A stretch of 64,000 bases of DNA from a virus (Duplodnaviria; Caudoviricetes): positions 1 through 64,000 of IMG/VR virus record IMGVR_UViG_2974506496_000001. One strand, given 5' to 3'. The notes under the pieces were generated by a model. It was not told the origin of the DNA. It ran no database searches and worked only from the letters and a program-made list of their open reading frames with translations. The position numbers were made by a program, and so were the translations under genes. Shown here piece after piece: positions 38,347-47,118 of this stretch (its first letter is position 1; each line of letters starts with the position of its first letter).

Positions 38347-38844
38347 ATGGACATTCAACAGTACCAACCCTCTGCACAGATCCTGCATCTCGCTAATCTG
38401 TTCTGCGACTACTTCAACCAATCGCCGAATTATTATAACTTGGATTTGGGTAACCGGATCTTTGTCGAGACCAGCATCTATCCCATCACCGGGGTTGTTG
38501 ATATAACACCACAGCGGATCGAACGCCTGCAAGCGTCGCACATGACAGGTCAGCTGGCCGCTGTGGTCGATGAGCTGTTAAAACTATTTCCTAACATGCG
38601 CTATGTATCAGATGAGTGTGATGGGTTGTTGTCTTTACTGTGTAACGGACGGGCAATTGAGATGACAACTGTCAAGGGTCTCTGTCGGGGCATTGTCACC
38701 TTACGGGGTCTGGTCTGGTTAGATCGCTTTGATCACGACTACCTTAATCCTGATGCGGCGCATTATGAAGAGATGGCCAGGTTGATCAATATCCATCTGG
38801 GGATGATTAAATTCCAAGGCACCATCCTAAAAAGATTTCTTTAA
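38347..38844 (+). CDS. Hypothetical protein
   Basis: AAGG RBS. Confidence 0.6.
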   Translation: MDIQQYQPSAQILHLANLFCDYFNQSPNYYNLDLGNRIFVETSIYPITGVVDITPQRIERLQASHMTGQLAAVVDELLKLFPNMRYVSDECDGLLSLLCNGRAIEMTTVKGLCRGIVTLRGLVWLDRFDHDYLNPDAAHYEEMARLINIHLGMIKFQGTILKRFL

Positions 38845-38870
38845 CACAAGTATACGTAGCGAGGTCATGA

Positions 38871-39455
38871 ATGAACTACATCTACCGGGCAAACGGCCAT
38901 TTATTTGTGTTGCTCTACCACATTCCAGTTCTTGATGTCGATCCAAATAAAATGACCCATTGGGAACGGGTATTGCATTACCGTCCCTTAACGATTGCCC
39001 TCGGGGCTGAAGAAACAGCGGCGGTCGCATTCATGCCCGTTCATCTCGAACTGAGTGGCTGGTCAATGACAACCGATGAAGGTGAGTTCTACGACGGCAT
39101 CTATGTGATCTGGGAGGGTAAACTCTATCTAACACAGAACGATGAAATGTGTTTGATAGAAGAAATCCCTGCCCTGTTTCACAACCTGATGCCAAGTGCT
39201 TATCATCAGCAAATGGTGCGTTACACTCAACCGTTTGAGTTCATCAACGGGCTCGACCATCGTAAGTTACGCTCGCTAAAAGCGACAGCCGAAACCGCCA
39301 ACAGTTTCCTGCGTATGATGGATCGGTTTGAACAAGCGGTTGAGTGCCATTACATCAATGAACGCACCAACCTCATGGCGTCCACCGAGATGCCCTTGAG
39401 CTTTATTCCGCGCCAACGTGGCGCTGCTATTAACGAACCTATCGTCTTACATTAA
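38871..39455 (+). CDS. Hypothetical protein
   Basis: GAGG RBS. Confidence 0.6.
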   Translation: MNYIYRANGHLFVLLYHIPVLDVDPNKMTHWERVLHYRPLTIALGAEETAAVAFMPVHLELSGWSMTTDEGEFYDGIYVIWEGKLYLTQNDEMCLIEEIPALFHNLMPSAYHQQMVRYTQPFEFINGLDHRKLRSLKATAETANSFLRMMDRFEQAVECHYINERTNLMASTEMPLSFIPRQRGAAINEPIVLH

Positions 39456-39466
39456 CGGAGCCAGTC

Positions 39467-39919
39467 ATGTCAGAACAAAAACCCCTTATCCCGTTTCTCC
39501 ACTTCCAGATCGATGCATTCCGTAATTACCTGGTCGCTAATGATCTGACCCCGTACGCCGTCTTTACCTTACCTAAAGGTCTGGACCCGGTACTGGATCG
39601 CTACGCCGATCCTGCCAGTGGTCAGCTGATCCTTAACCTCAGCCCTAACTCCTGTGGTCACTACGAGATCACTGATGATGGTTATATGGTTCTGCATCAG
39701 CGTTTCTCGGGTAAAGCCCACGAAGCGTTCCTGCCGGTCCAACACCTGCTGGCCATGTATGCGCGTGAACGTCAAGACCAGGCCATGGTCTTTGCCGACA
39801 TCGAGCACACCTGCGATGATGATGTGAAATTTGTTGAAGATGAGACTGTACCGGAAGTGGATGACACTAACGTAACAGCCCTGCCCTTCAAGAAACCCAC
39901 ATTAACGGTAGTCAAGTAA
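39467..39919 (+). CDS. sspB: Stringent starvation protein B (ClpXP adaptor) homolog
   Basis: NDLTPY, GQLILNLSP, RFSG, LLAMYARE; acidic linker; C-terminal PTLTVVK resembles the E. coli ClpX-binding PALRVVK. Confidence 0.85.
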   Translation: MSEQKPLIPFLHFQIDAFRNYLVANDLTPYAVFTLPKGLDPVLDRYADPASGQLILNLSPNSCGHYEITDDGYMVLHQRFSGKAHEAFLPVQHLLAMYARERQDQAMVFADIEHTCDDDVKFVEDETVPEVDDTNVTALPFKKPTLTVVK

Positions 39920-39926
39920 ATTCTAT

Positions 39927-40003
39927 GACTGCGGTTGCGTTCGGTGAGCTTGCCTTTGTACGGTATTGAAGTTCAGCAGTCGGGTGGCATTTGCCACCCT
40001 TCT
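39927..40003 (+). ncRNA. Candidate small structured RNA
   Basis: Starts at the G of AATTCTATG; GACTGC/GCAGTC stem stacked on TGAGCTT/AAGTTCA; ends in GGGTGGC-ATTT-GCCACCC hairpin. Confidence 0.35.
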
Positions 40004-40037
40004 ATACACAGCTTCTTTATTTTTTGTCGAAAAATAA

Positions 40038-40054
40038 TCAGACCTACATTACGT
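40038..40054 (+). promoter_or_regulatory. Candidate early promoter TCAGACCTACATTACGT
   Basis: 15/17 identical to 57505-57521; A/T-rich upstream. Confidence 0.6.
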
Positions 40055-40105
40055 ATAGGCTACAGCTAGTCTGTTGTAATTCGCATCACTAAGGCTAGGT
40101 TTACT

Positions 40106-40402
40106 ATGTCACTCATTTGCGTTGATCATCTTGTGGCGGCTTGCGCTACATTTGTTCTGCTGTTGGTGCTGGAGCGCATCATTCACAGAGACGAACCCGA
40201 CCACACCCTGATTGAACTGCTTCTTACCGCCTTCGGCATTTCAATCAGCATTCCCATCACTGTCGGTATGATTATGCTGACTTACGTGATTCTGTTGATC
40301 CGTAAGCAACCCAACGCCTTAACCAGGGCGAGCTATTTCCCGGTGGAGATCCTGCGTCTTATTACCCGCAATCGCTTCAGGCGAAAACCCTCTATTCTCT
40401 AA
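40106..40402 (+). CDS. Small two-TM membrane protein
   Basis: Two hydrophobic segments and a basic C-terminus. Confidence 0.6.
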   Translation: MSLICVDHLVAACATFVLLLVLERIIHRDEPDHTLIELLLTAFGISISIPITVGMIMLTYVILLIRKQPNALTRASYFPVEILRLITRNRFRRKPSIL

Positions 40403-40412
40403 CTTACTTCTG

Positions 40413-40441
40413 GGGTGAGTGAAAACTCACCCTTTATGCCG
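40413..40441 (+). terminator. Hairpin-TTATGCCG element
   Basis: GGGTGAGT-GAAA-ACTCACCC followed by TTTATGCCG. Confidence 0.75.
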
Positions 40442-40503
40442 GCGTGTTTAAAACAACTAAACTGCGCCATTATTTAGACACCGTTAATTAAAGGAATACT
40501 GTT

Positions 40504-41055
40504 ATGTCTGTTGTCGACAAATTCAAGAACTGGAAAGCGAACAAGCGCATCGCGTTGCTCGAAGAACTGCTGGAGGTTCACTACTCAATCGGCGATGTGG
40601 TGAGTTACCCAGATCCACCGGCGTTCGAAGTCTGCTGGCATGACACACCGGACTCGATTCACCGGGCACGCTGGACAGGTGTGGCTGAAGCCACCGGCAT
40701 GACGTATGACGATTTCTTCAAAGCCACGCGCGTAGGTCAGCTGCACGATACCTCAAACGTTGAAATCACCGGTGAACAAGAAGTCACGGATATGCAAACC
40801 CAGGGTTGCTATGCCTTCTGTAACTGGCTGACGAATGAGATCCACATCTGGCTGGGTGATCTGCCGTATGATGACCCGCGCACGGAAGAGATCCTGCACA
40901 CCATGATCGCCAGTGAGATCGCGCACCTCACCCCCAACCGCCATCGTAATGAACAGCTGGAAATGTACCGGGCGATGCAGTATGCCGTGGTAGCGCGTTC
41001 TGCCAAAGCGGTATTGGTTGATGCACTGGGCCTGCTGAAAGGAAAACAGGTATGA
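40504..41055 (+). CDS. Zincin-like protein with degenerate HExxH (SEIAH)
   Basis: GCYAFC..EIHIWL..EEILHTMIASEIAHL. Confidence 0.5.
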   Translation: MSVVDKFKNWKANKRIALLEELLEVHYSIGDVVSYPDPPAFEVCWHDTPDSIHRARWTGVAEATGMTYDDFFKATRVGQLHDTSNVEITGEQEVTDMQTQGCYAFCNWLTNEIHIWLGDLPYDDPRTEEILHTMIASEIAHLTPNRHRNEQLEMYRAMQYAVVARSAKAVLVDALGLLKGKQV

Positions 41056-41369
41056 AGAAGGAGCTCTTCACGGTTGTTACCATTGCAGGCGAAGTTAAAA
41101 CCCCGATCACGGTGTTTGTTCCGGAGCACGACTACGACATCAATCAACGGGTAGATCTGGTGGCTGCGTGTTATGACCGTCGCCACAAACAAACACCCAT
41201 CAGCAAAGAACACAAAGCATTGGTTACTGACTTACTGGCGCAGATGCGCGAGAAGCTTAACACCGCGATTACACTCGGGGAAGATGTTGTGCTGGTCTCA
41301 GGCGATGTCTCATTGAAGTACCGGGTTTACCTCAGTACTTTTAAAGGGACGACCTATGTTGAGACATGA
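41052..41369 (+). CDS. Hypothetical protein, paralog of 41356
   Basis: Collinear similarity over full length. Confidence 0.6.
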   Translation: MKKELFTVVTIAGEVKTPITVFVPEHDYDINQRVDLVAACYDRRHKQTPISKEHKALVTDLLAQMREKLNTAITLGEDVVLVSGDVSLKYRVYLSTFKGTTYVET

Positions 41370-41670
41370 GTTGATTACTTCAGTAGCAGTCAACGGCAAG
41401 GAGTATTCGCCGATTGTCTGCCCACTGGCTAAAGGACCGGATTACAGCCGGGCGTTTGGTGCGTTGCATAAAGCGTATCGGGATGCTGCGACTTACGGCA
41501 GTCAGATCATCACGGAGCCGTATGTCAAAACCATTTGCGGGTTGATCGATCAAATCCAAACTGATCTGGCTGCAGGTGTCGATTTCACCGAGACCCGTAA
41601 AGTCAGTGACGGTGAAGTGGCAATCAGTTATCACATCACTGTTCGTACGCTCCCGCGCCACGGCAGTTAA
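41356..41670 (+). CDS. Hypothetical protein, paralog of 41052
   Basis: Collinear similarity over full length. Confidence 0.6.
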   Translation: MLRHELITSVAVNGKEYSPIVCPLAKGPDYSRAFGALHKAYRDAATYGSQIITEPYVKTICGLIDQIQTDLAAGVDFTETRKVSDGEVAISYHITVRTLPRHGS

Positions 41671-41677
41671 TGACCTC

Positions 41678-41711
41678 ACCCAATCAGTGCAGCCGCTGGT
41701 TGGGTTTTCTT
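41678..41711 (+). terminator. Intrinsic terminator-like hairpin
   Basis: ACCCAATCAGTG-CAGC-CGCTGGTTGGGT followed by TTTCTT. Confidence 0.55.
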
Positions 41712-41736
41712 ACGCTTCATTATAAAGGAAGACATC

Positions 41737-42366
41737 ATGGGTTGGTTTAATAAACAGAAAGCTACACCGGTAGCTGAAGACACTCCCACGACAGACAAGC
41801 AAGACAGTGCCGACTACCCGTGGGGTGCAACGTATCGCCAACGGCTAATGACACATGCTCGTTCACTATTGACCGTTGATGAACAACAACCCCTGCGTTC
41901 TGGCGAAGCCGGTAAGTTGATCGTTTTTAACGGCGTGGGTTTCTTGATTCGGGGTGAATCGGCCAACATTCCTGATTTGGCTTACATGCACTATCTGGAA
42001 GAAATGTGGAACTGGTTGTTGCGCTGTAATGGAATCGAGCAAAAGCACGGGGGTGTCGTGCCTCGGGCTGAGGTGATTCGCCGTTACGATATCGGCGGGG
42101 TAGCTGAAGGGTGTGGCTATACCGTTGGGTCGCTGGAACCAATCGTACCGGCCTATACTGCCAGTAGCCTGCGTCACCGTAATGCTGCAGACGGTCTGCA
42201 TTTACTCAAAACCCTGCAGGACGTGATTCCGGTCACGGACATGCTGATGATTAGTGAACATGAGAAAGAGCTGATCCGCAATATAGAGAACTTGGGGATG
42301 AAACTGGTTTCAACACCACTCAGTCACGCCGGTCAGATATTTAGCCGAATCCGCTTTAAGGACTGA
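41737..42366 (+). CDS. Hypothetical protein
   Basis: AAGGA RBS. Confidence 0.6.
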   Translation: MGWFNKQKATPVAEDTPTTDKQDSADYPWGATYRQRLMTHARSLLTVDEQQPLRSGEAGKLIVFNGVGFLIRGESANIPDLAYMHYLEEMWNWLLRCNGIEQKHGGVVPRAEVIRRYDIGGVAEGCGYTVGSLEPIVPAYTASSLRHRNAADGLHLLKTLQDVIPVTDMLMISEHEKELIRNIENLGMKLVSTPLSHAGQIFSRIRFKD

Positions 42367-42371
42367 CACCG

Positions 42372-43481
42372 ATGATCTATCTGGTCTGGATTCTGATCCC
42401 CTCCTTACTACTGGTACTGCTATCCAAAGCCGTGTTCCCGCATCACATCACCTTTAAAGAGTGGTCGCTGCAGGGCGTGGCAGTTGTAGTGGGGACGGCG
42501 TTGTCTGTCTTGATACTCTATATCACTACAACGGGGATGAGTATCGATCATGAAGTCTGGAATGGCTCTGTGATCTCCAAAGCGCCGGTGCGGGTCTCCT
42601 GTACGCACGAACACCAATGTGGCGAGACGTGCTCTACCGACAGCAAGGGTAAGAAACACTGCACGCCGATCTATTGTCCGGATCATGCCTTTGATGTTGA
42701 TTGGGATGTCAAGACAACGGTCGGAATGTTTACCATTGATCGCGTAGCGTTTGATCGTCAGGGATTACGGGAACCTAAACGCTTCACTGCAGTGCAGATT
42801 GGCGAACCGGCCGCAGCGGAGAAGTACACCCGCAATTACCTGTTGCTGGACAGTGATCGCTTCAAGGCTTCAGAAGGGGTGATGGAGAAGTACAAAGGAC
42901 GGATACCGGATTATCCCTCCACGTATGACTATTACCGTTTTAACCGGGTAGTCAACACCACCAAGGATGATTTCAATTACATCAACGATTACCTGAATAA
43001 GGAACTGATTACACTCGGCGCACAAAAACAACTCAACATTGTCGTGGTAATAACCGACAAGAGTAAAGACTTCTATGAAGCCCTCCGTGAATCCTGGGAC
43101 GGTGCCCGTAAGAACGATGTGATACTCGTCTACGGCATTGACAAGGAACATCATGTGAACTGGTTTAAAGCCGATGCGTTTGCAGACGGGCAGTCAAATA
43201 TGTCGATGATCAAAACACTGAACTCGACAGCCCTTGACCGCACCCTTGATGCTGACCTCGTGCATGAACAACTTCACGTGATCCAGGAGCGTTTTACTAG
43301 ACTGCCTAATAAAACCTTCGAATACCTCAATGAAGATTTCACCCCACCGATGTGGGCAATCATCATGACGGTGCTCATTAACCTGCTACTCAATATTGGC
43401 GTGACCTGGTTCATGGTAAAAAATGAAATGGGTGAATACGCATTCATGAATGATAAAGGAAGAAGAAATGCAAGATGGTAA
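42372..43481 (+). CDS. Membrane protein with Cys/His-rich segment and TPM-like domain
   Basis: Two N-terminal TMs and one C-terminal TM; CTHEHQC..C..C..YCPDH; NIVVVIT..W.G..KNDVILV. Confidence 0.6.
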   Translation: MIYLVWILIPSLLLVLLSKAVFPHHITFKEWSLQGVAVVVGTALSVLILYITTTGMSIDHEVWNGSVISKAPVRVSCTHEHQCGETCSTDSKGKKHCTPIYCPDHAFDVDWDVKTTVGMFTIDRVAFDRQGLREPKRFTAVQIGEPAAAEKYTRNYLLLDSDRFKASEGVMEKYKGRIPDYPSTYDYYRFNRVVNTTKDDFNYINDYLNKELITLGAQKQLNIVVVITDKSKDFYEALRESWDGARKNDVILVYGIDKEHHVNWFKADAFADGQSNMSMIKTLNSTALDRTLDADLVHEQLHVIQERFTRLPNKTFEYLNEDFTPPMWAIIMTVLINLLLNIGVTWFMVKNEMGEYAFMNDKGRRNARW

Positions 43482-44061
43482 CAAGAAAGGGTTGTCTACT
43501 GGCGCTATTGTGGGCGTCGTCGTTGCTGGTTTCCTGGTACTGGTCGTGGCCATAGCGGGCAGTCTGTTCATGGGTTATGTCTCTGCCTCTAATGGCGGCG
43601 TGCAAGCTGAGTCACGTATTGAACAGCTGAACAAAGACTCCGAGAACGTGCTGTCGACCTCAACGATCAAGATCAAGAACATGGCTCAGATTCCGGGCAT
43701 GTATGTGAAAGATCTTAAAGAGGTGATCCGTGCGACCTTTGAAGGCCGTTATGGTAAAGACGGATCGAAAGCCGTGGTGCAGTTTATTCAGGAACAAAAC
43801 CAGCAGGTCGATTCCAAACTGTACCTGAACATTCAAAATGAGATGGCGGCTGGTCAGGATGAGTTTCGTATTGCGCAGAGCAACAAGCTTGCAGCATGTC
43901 GTAATTATGAAAACAGCCTGGGTTATTTCTGGAAAGGTATGTTCTTGAAGTGGGCGGGCTATCCGAAGAAAGACCTGAGCAAACTCTGCCAGGTGGTATC
44001 GGATGATCAGACACAGGAAGCGTTTAAGACCGGCAAGCAAAAGACCATCGAGCTGAACTAA
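43468..44061 (+). CDS. LemA-like single-TM coiled-coil membrane protein
   Basis: N-terminal TM, helical bundle, YENSLGYFWKGMFLKWAGY resembling the LemA C-terminal motif. Confidence 0.5.
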   Translation: MQDGNKKGLSTGAIVGVVVAGFLVLVVAIAGSLFMGYVSASNGGVQAESRIEQLNKDSENVLSTSTIKIKNMAQIPGMYVKDLKEVIRATFEGRYGKDGSKAVVQFIQEQNQQVDSKLYLNIQNEMAAGQDEFRIAQSNKLAACRNYENSLGYFWKGMFLKWAGYPKKDLSKLCQVVSDDQTQEAFKTGKQKTIELN

Positions 44062-44101
44062 CTCACCATCGGACAGGGATGTTCTTTTAATGGAGGTCGT
44101 C

Positions 44102-44446
44102 ATGCCTTTTATTCGATTCAAAGCAAAAGAGATTAAACATACTGCGGACGCCGTAACAAGTCTGAAGCGGTTCTTTGGTCTGATTGATAAAAATATCGAT
44201 GCGGTCAAGATCGTTGCAGCGTTTCAAACCGTAGATACCCACAACGAACCCCTGCTGGAAAACTCGTTGTTGATTATCACACGGATGCCAGACGGGACGA
44301 AACGTTTCACCAGTATCTGGAACGCGAAGTTTAAAGAAGAACTTGCTGCATTTAAACCTGAACTCGTTGGTGAAGTCCGATCGTTCAGACTCGATAATCA
44401 GTTGTATATGGACGGCAATGAGGATAACCCACTTAAAAGGTTTTAG
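44102..44446 (+). CDS. Hypothetical protein
   Basis: GGAGG RBS before ATG 44102. Confidence 0.55.
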   Translation: MPFIRFKAKEIKHTADAVTSLKRFFGLIDKNIDAVKIVAAFQTVDTHNEPLLENSLLIITRMPDGTKRFTSIWNAKFKEELAAFKPELVGEVRSFRLDNQLYMDGNEDNPLKRF

Positions 44447-44487
44447 TTACCCCAGTTAACCGTGCCGTTTTTATAAAGGTCGTTATC

Positions 44488-45726
44488 ATGTCAAACATTA
44501 TTGAATTAGAAGGCAAGCAGGTTCCCATCAAGATGTGGACGAAGTTTGTTCCAGTGGAAGAACGTGCCCAACAGCAATTACTAAACTTGAGTGAGTTACC
44601 TTTCATCTTCAAACATCTCGCCGTGATGCCTGATGTACACTGGGGAATGGGCGCGACCATTGGTTCGGTTATTGCGACTAAAGGTGCGATTATTCCTGCT
44701 GCAGTGGGTGTTGATATTGGTTGTGGGATGATTGCCCAACAAACCTCGCTGGTTGCTGCTGACCTGCCAGATAACCTCGGTGCTTTGCGCAGTCGTATTG
44801 AAGCAGGCATCCCGCATGGACGTACCGATAACGGCGGTGCAAACGATCGCGGTGCCTGGGGTGATGAGTTCGCCATGGGCTTAGACGATGTGCACCGTGA
44901 AGCATTGCTGGTTCTTCAGCAACGTTTAGTGGCTATTGTGGCTAAGCACCCGAAGCTCACCAAAGCAGCAGGTAAGTTCACCAAACATACTGGCACACTG
45001 GGTAGTGGTAACCACTTCGTTGAAATCTGTTTAGACGAAGAGCAACGCGTTTGGGTAATGCTGCATTCAGGTTCACGTGGTATCGGTAACACCATCGGTA
45101 AATACTTCATCGAGAAAGCCAAAGAAGAGATGAACCGTTTCTTCGTCCATTTAGTTGACCAAGATCTGGCGTATCTCCCAGAAGGCTCTCAGTATTACGA
45201 TGACTACTTGCAAGCGGTGCAATGGGCACAAGACTTTGCAGCGCTCAATCGTGCGGTGATGCTGAGTGCGACACTGAAGGCATTGCACAGTACCGTGGCT
45301 AAGCCATTCACTGAAAGCACTATTGCGGTTAACTGTCACCACAACTATGTCGCAATGGAAAACCATTTTGATACCAATGTCCTGGTCACCCGTAAAGGTG
45401 CAGTGCGGGCGCGTGTAGGTGATCTGGCGATTATCCCGGGTAGTATGGGCGCGAAGTCGTTTATTGTCGAAGGGTTGGGTAACCAGGAAAGCTTCTGTTC
45501 GTGTTCGCATGGTGCTGGTCGTTTACTGTCGCGCTCAGCAGCAGTGAAACAATTCAGTCTGGAAGACCATATCCGTGATACCGAGGGTGTGGAATGCCGT
45601 AAAGATAAAGACGTCCTTGATGAAACACCGAAGGCGTATAAGTCGATTGAAGACGTGATGCGTTCACAAGACGATTTGGTGAAAATCAAATATACCCTGA
45701 AACAGATCCTTTGTGTAAAAGGTTAA
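44488..45726 (+). CDS. rtcB: RtcB RNA ligase
   Basis: MPDVH.G, GVDIGCG, GTLGSGNHF, LHSGSRG, HHNY, PGSMG, SHGAGR, DE.P.AYK. Confidence 0.95.
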   Translation: MSNIIELEGKQVPIKMWTKFVPVEERAQQQLLNLSELPFIFKHLAVMPDVHWGMGATIGSVIATKGAIIPAAVGVDIGCGMIAQQTSLVAADLPDNLGALRSRIEAGIPHGRTDNGGANDRGAWGDEFAMGLDDVHREALLVLQQRLVAIVAKHPKLTKAAGKFTKHTGTLGSGNHFVEICLDEEQRVWVMLHSGSRGIGNTIGKYFIEKAKEEMNRFFVHLVDQDLAYLPEGSQYYDDYLQAVQWAQDFAALNRAVMLSATLKALHSTVAKPFTESTIAVNCHHNYVAMENHFDTNVLVTRKGAVRARVGDLAIIPGSMGAKSFIVEGLGNQESFCSCSHGAGRLLSRSAAVKQFSLEDHIRDTEGVECRKDKDVLDETPKAYKSIEDVMRSQDDLVKIKYTLKQILCVKG

Positions 45727-45728
45727 TT

Positions 45729-46049
45729 ATGAACAAGAAAAAGCAAGTTACGATCTTTGTGGCAGGTGATGTCAATTCAGCTAAGACCACGGTCATTGCC
45801 ATTATTGAAAAGGCGCTGAAAGAAGCGGGTCTGGACACCACACTGCTTGCGCATGCAGCGGCGGATGCGGAATATTTCGTCGGTGAGAAATTAACACCAG
45901 AGCATATCTCTGCGATCAATGAGAAGGTTGAGATTTCCATTGAAGAACTCACCCGCCCAGCACCGACCAATGATGATGGCTCGCGCCCTGAGAGTTATGT
46001 GGCGATCGTACATAGCGCCGGTATTAAGATCCTTCCCCGTAACAGCTAA
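45729..46049 (+). CDS. Small protein with degenerate P-loop (GDVNSAKT)
   Basis: N-terminus similar to 36535. Confidence 0.55.
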   Translation: MNKKKQVTIFVAGDVNSAKTTVIAIIEKALKEAGLDTTLLAHAAADAEYFVGEKLTPEHISAINEKVEISIEELTRPAPTNDDGSRPESYVAIVHSAGIKILPRNS

Positions 46050-46054
46050 CTCCT

Positions 46055-46082
46055 AAGAGGACTTCGGTCCTCTTTTATGCCC
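46055..46082 (+). terminator. Hairpin-TTATGCC element
   Basis: AAGAGGAC-TTCG-GTCCTCTT followed by TTATGCCC. Confidence 0.75.
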
Positions 46083-46127
46083 GGTTTAATTGTATATAGA
46101 CACAGTACACATCAACCGAGGGCCATC

Positions 46128-47066
46128 ATGTTAGAGTTGCTGATGTTAGGACACACCACCCAAAGCGCGGGGGGTAAGCAGGAAGACATCAAGACTGACG
46201 TCTCGGGACTCATTGCAAAATATAGCAATGCAGGATCTATCAGCGCCTTAAATATCACCGTTGGCGCCAGCGCCGGACTTGCGGTATATGACAACCAATT
46301 AATCCTCATTAATCCGGGTTCGATGAGCTATTATGACATCAACACCTTTGCATTAAAGAAGAGCACAACCAACAACGTCAGTATCAGCGTTAGCTATAAT
46401 AGTGTCGCACACCAGTCAGGCAAACATTGGTGGTTTGGTCAGGATCGTGCTACCGCAGTAATTTACCATGCGGATTTAGAAACTGGGGTCATTACCAAAT
46501 ACCCTACGCCGCCGGTTAAGAAAGGTATGTTCTTTGCTTATAACGGCAGGCTCTGGTTATTAGGTGGTTGGGTAGGTACCACCAGTAATACCACGACCAT
46601 CTACAGCATCGACTACAACAATCCCGTGAGCTGGAGTAGTCAGCCTTTAAACACCCCATTACCTCGTCAGTTAGCGGGTGCATCAGCCTATTTCACCACA
46701 AATGGTTTAGTGGCGTTTGTCGGTGGCGGGGCGGTAGGTAGTTCCGGAGAGACTGATGGTACAGGTTATACCAGCGTCATGCTCTTCAATCCCGATACGT
46801 TAACCTTCACAGGCAAGACGATCTCCACACCAATGGGTGGCGGATACCACAACCCGAACTTTGTCTTCAATGATACCGCGTACCAATTTAAATACACCAA
46901 CACCGGACAGCGTTGGTCGTTAGGCGATGTCAGTCGGGAATCTAGCCTCAGTCCCGCACCGATAATTGGCGGTTACCATAACGCATTCACCATTGCAGGT
47001 CGCGTTGCTTTCTACGGGAACAGTTACTCTACCAGTCCTGTTTATCTCTACGTTTTACCAGATTAA
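46128..47066 (+). CDS. Kelch-like beta-propeller protein
   Basis: GRLWLLGGW and VAFVGGG Kelch-type GG motifs; GAGGG RBS before ATG 46128. Confidence 0.6.
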   Translation: MLELLMLGHTTQSAGGKQEDIKTDVSGLIAKYSNAGSISALNITVGASAGLAVYDNQLILINPGSMSYYDINTFALKKSTTNNVSISVSYNSVAHQSGKHWWFGQDRATAVIYHADLETGVITKYPTPPVKKGMFFAYNGRLWLLGGWVGTTSNTTTIYSIDYNNPVSWSSQPLNTPLPRQLAGASAYFTTNGLVAFVGGGAVGSSGETDGTGYTSVMLFNPDTLTFTGKTISTPMGGGYHNPNFVFNDTAYQFKYTNTGQRWSLGDVSRESSLSPAPIIGGYHNAFTIAGRVAFYGNSYSTSPVYLYVLPD

Positions 47067-47071
47067 GAACC

Positions 47072-47101
47072 GGAGAGGCGCATAGCCTCTCTCTTATGCC
47101 G
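47072..47101 (+). terminator. Hairpin-TTATGCCG element
   Basis: GGAGAGGC-GCATA-GCCTCTCT followed by CTTATGCCG. Confidence 0.75.
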
Positions 47102-47118
47102 TCAAAAGGAAATTAACC

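Noticed and set aside
43660-44208. 182-aa minus-strand ORF
   Set aside because: Antisense to well-supported plus-strand genes in a uniformly plus-strand region; no motifs.
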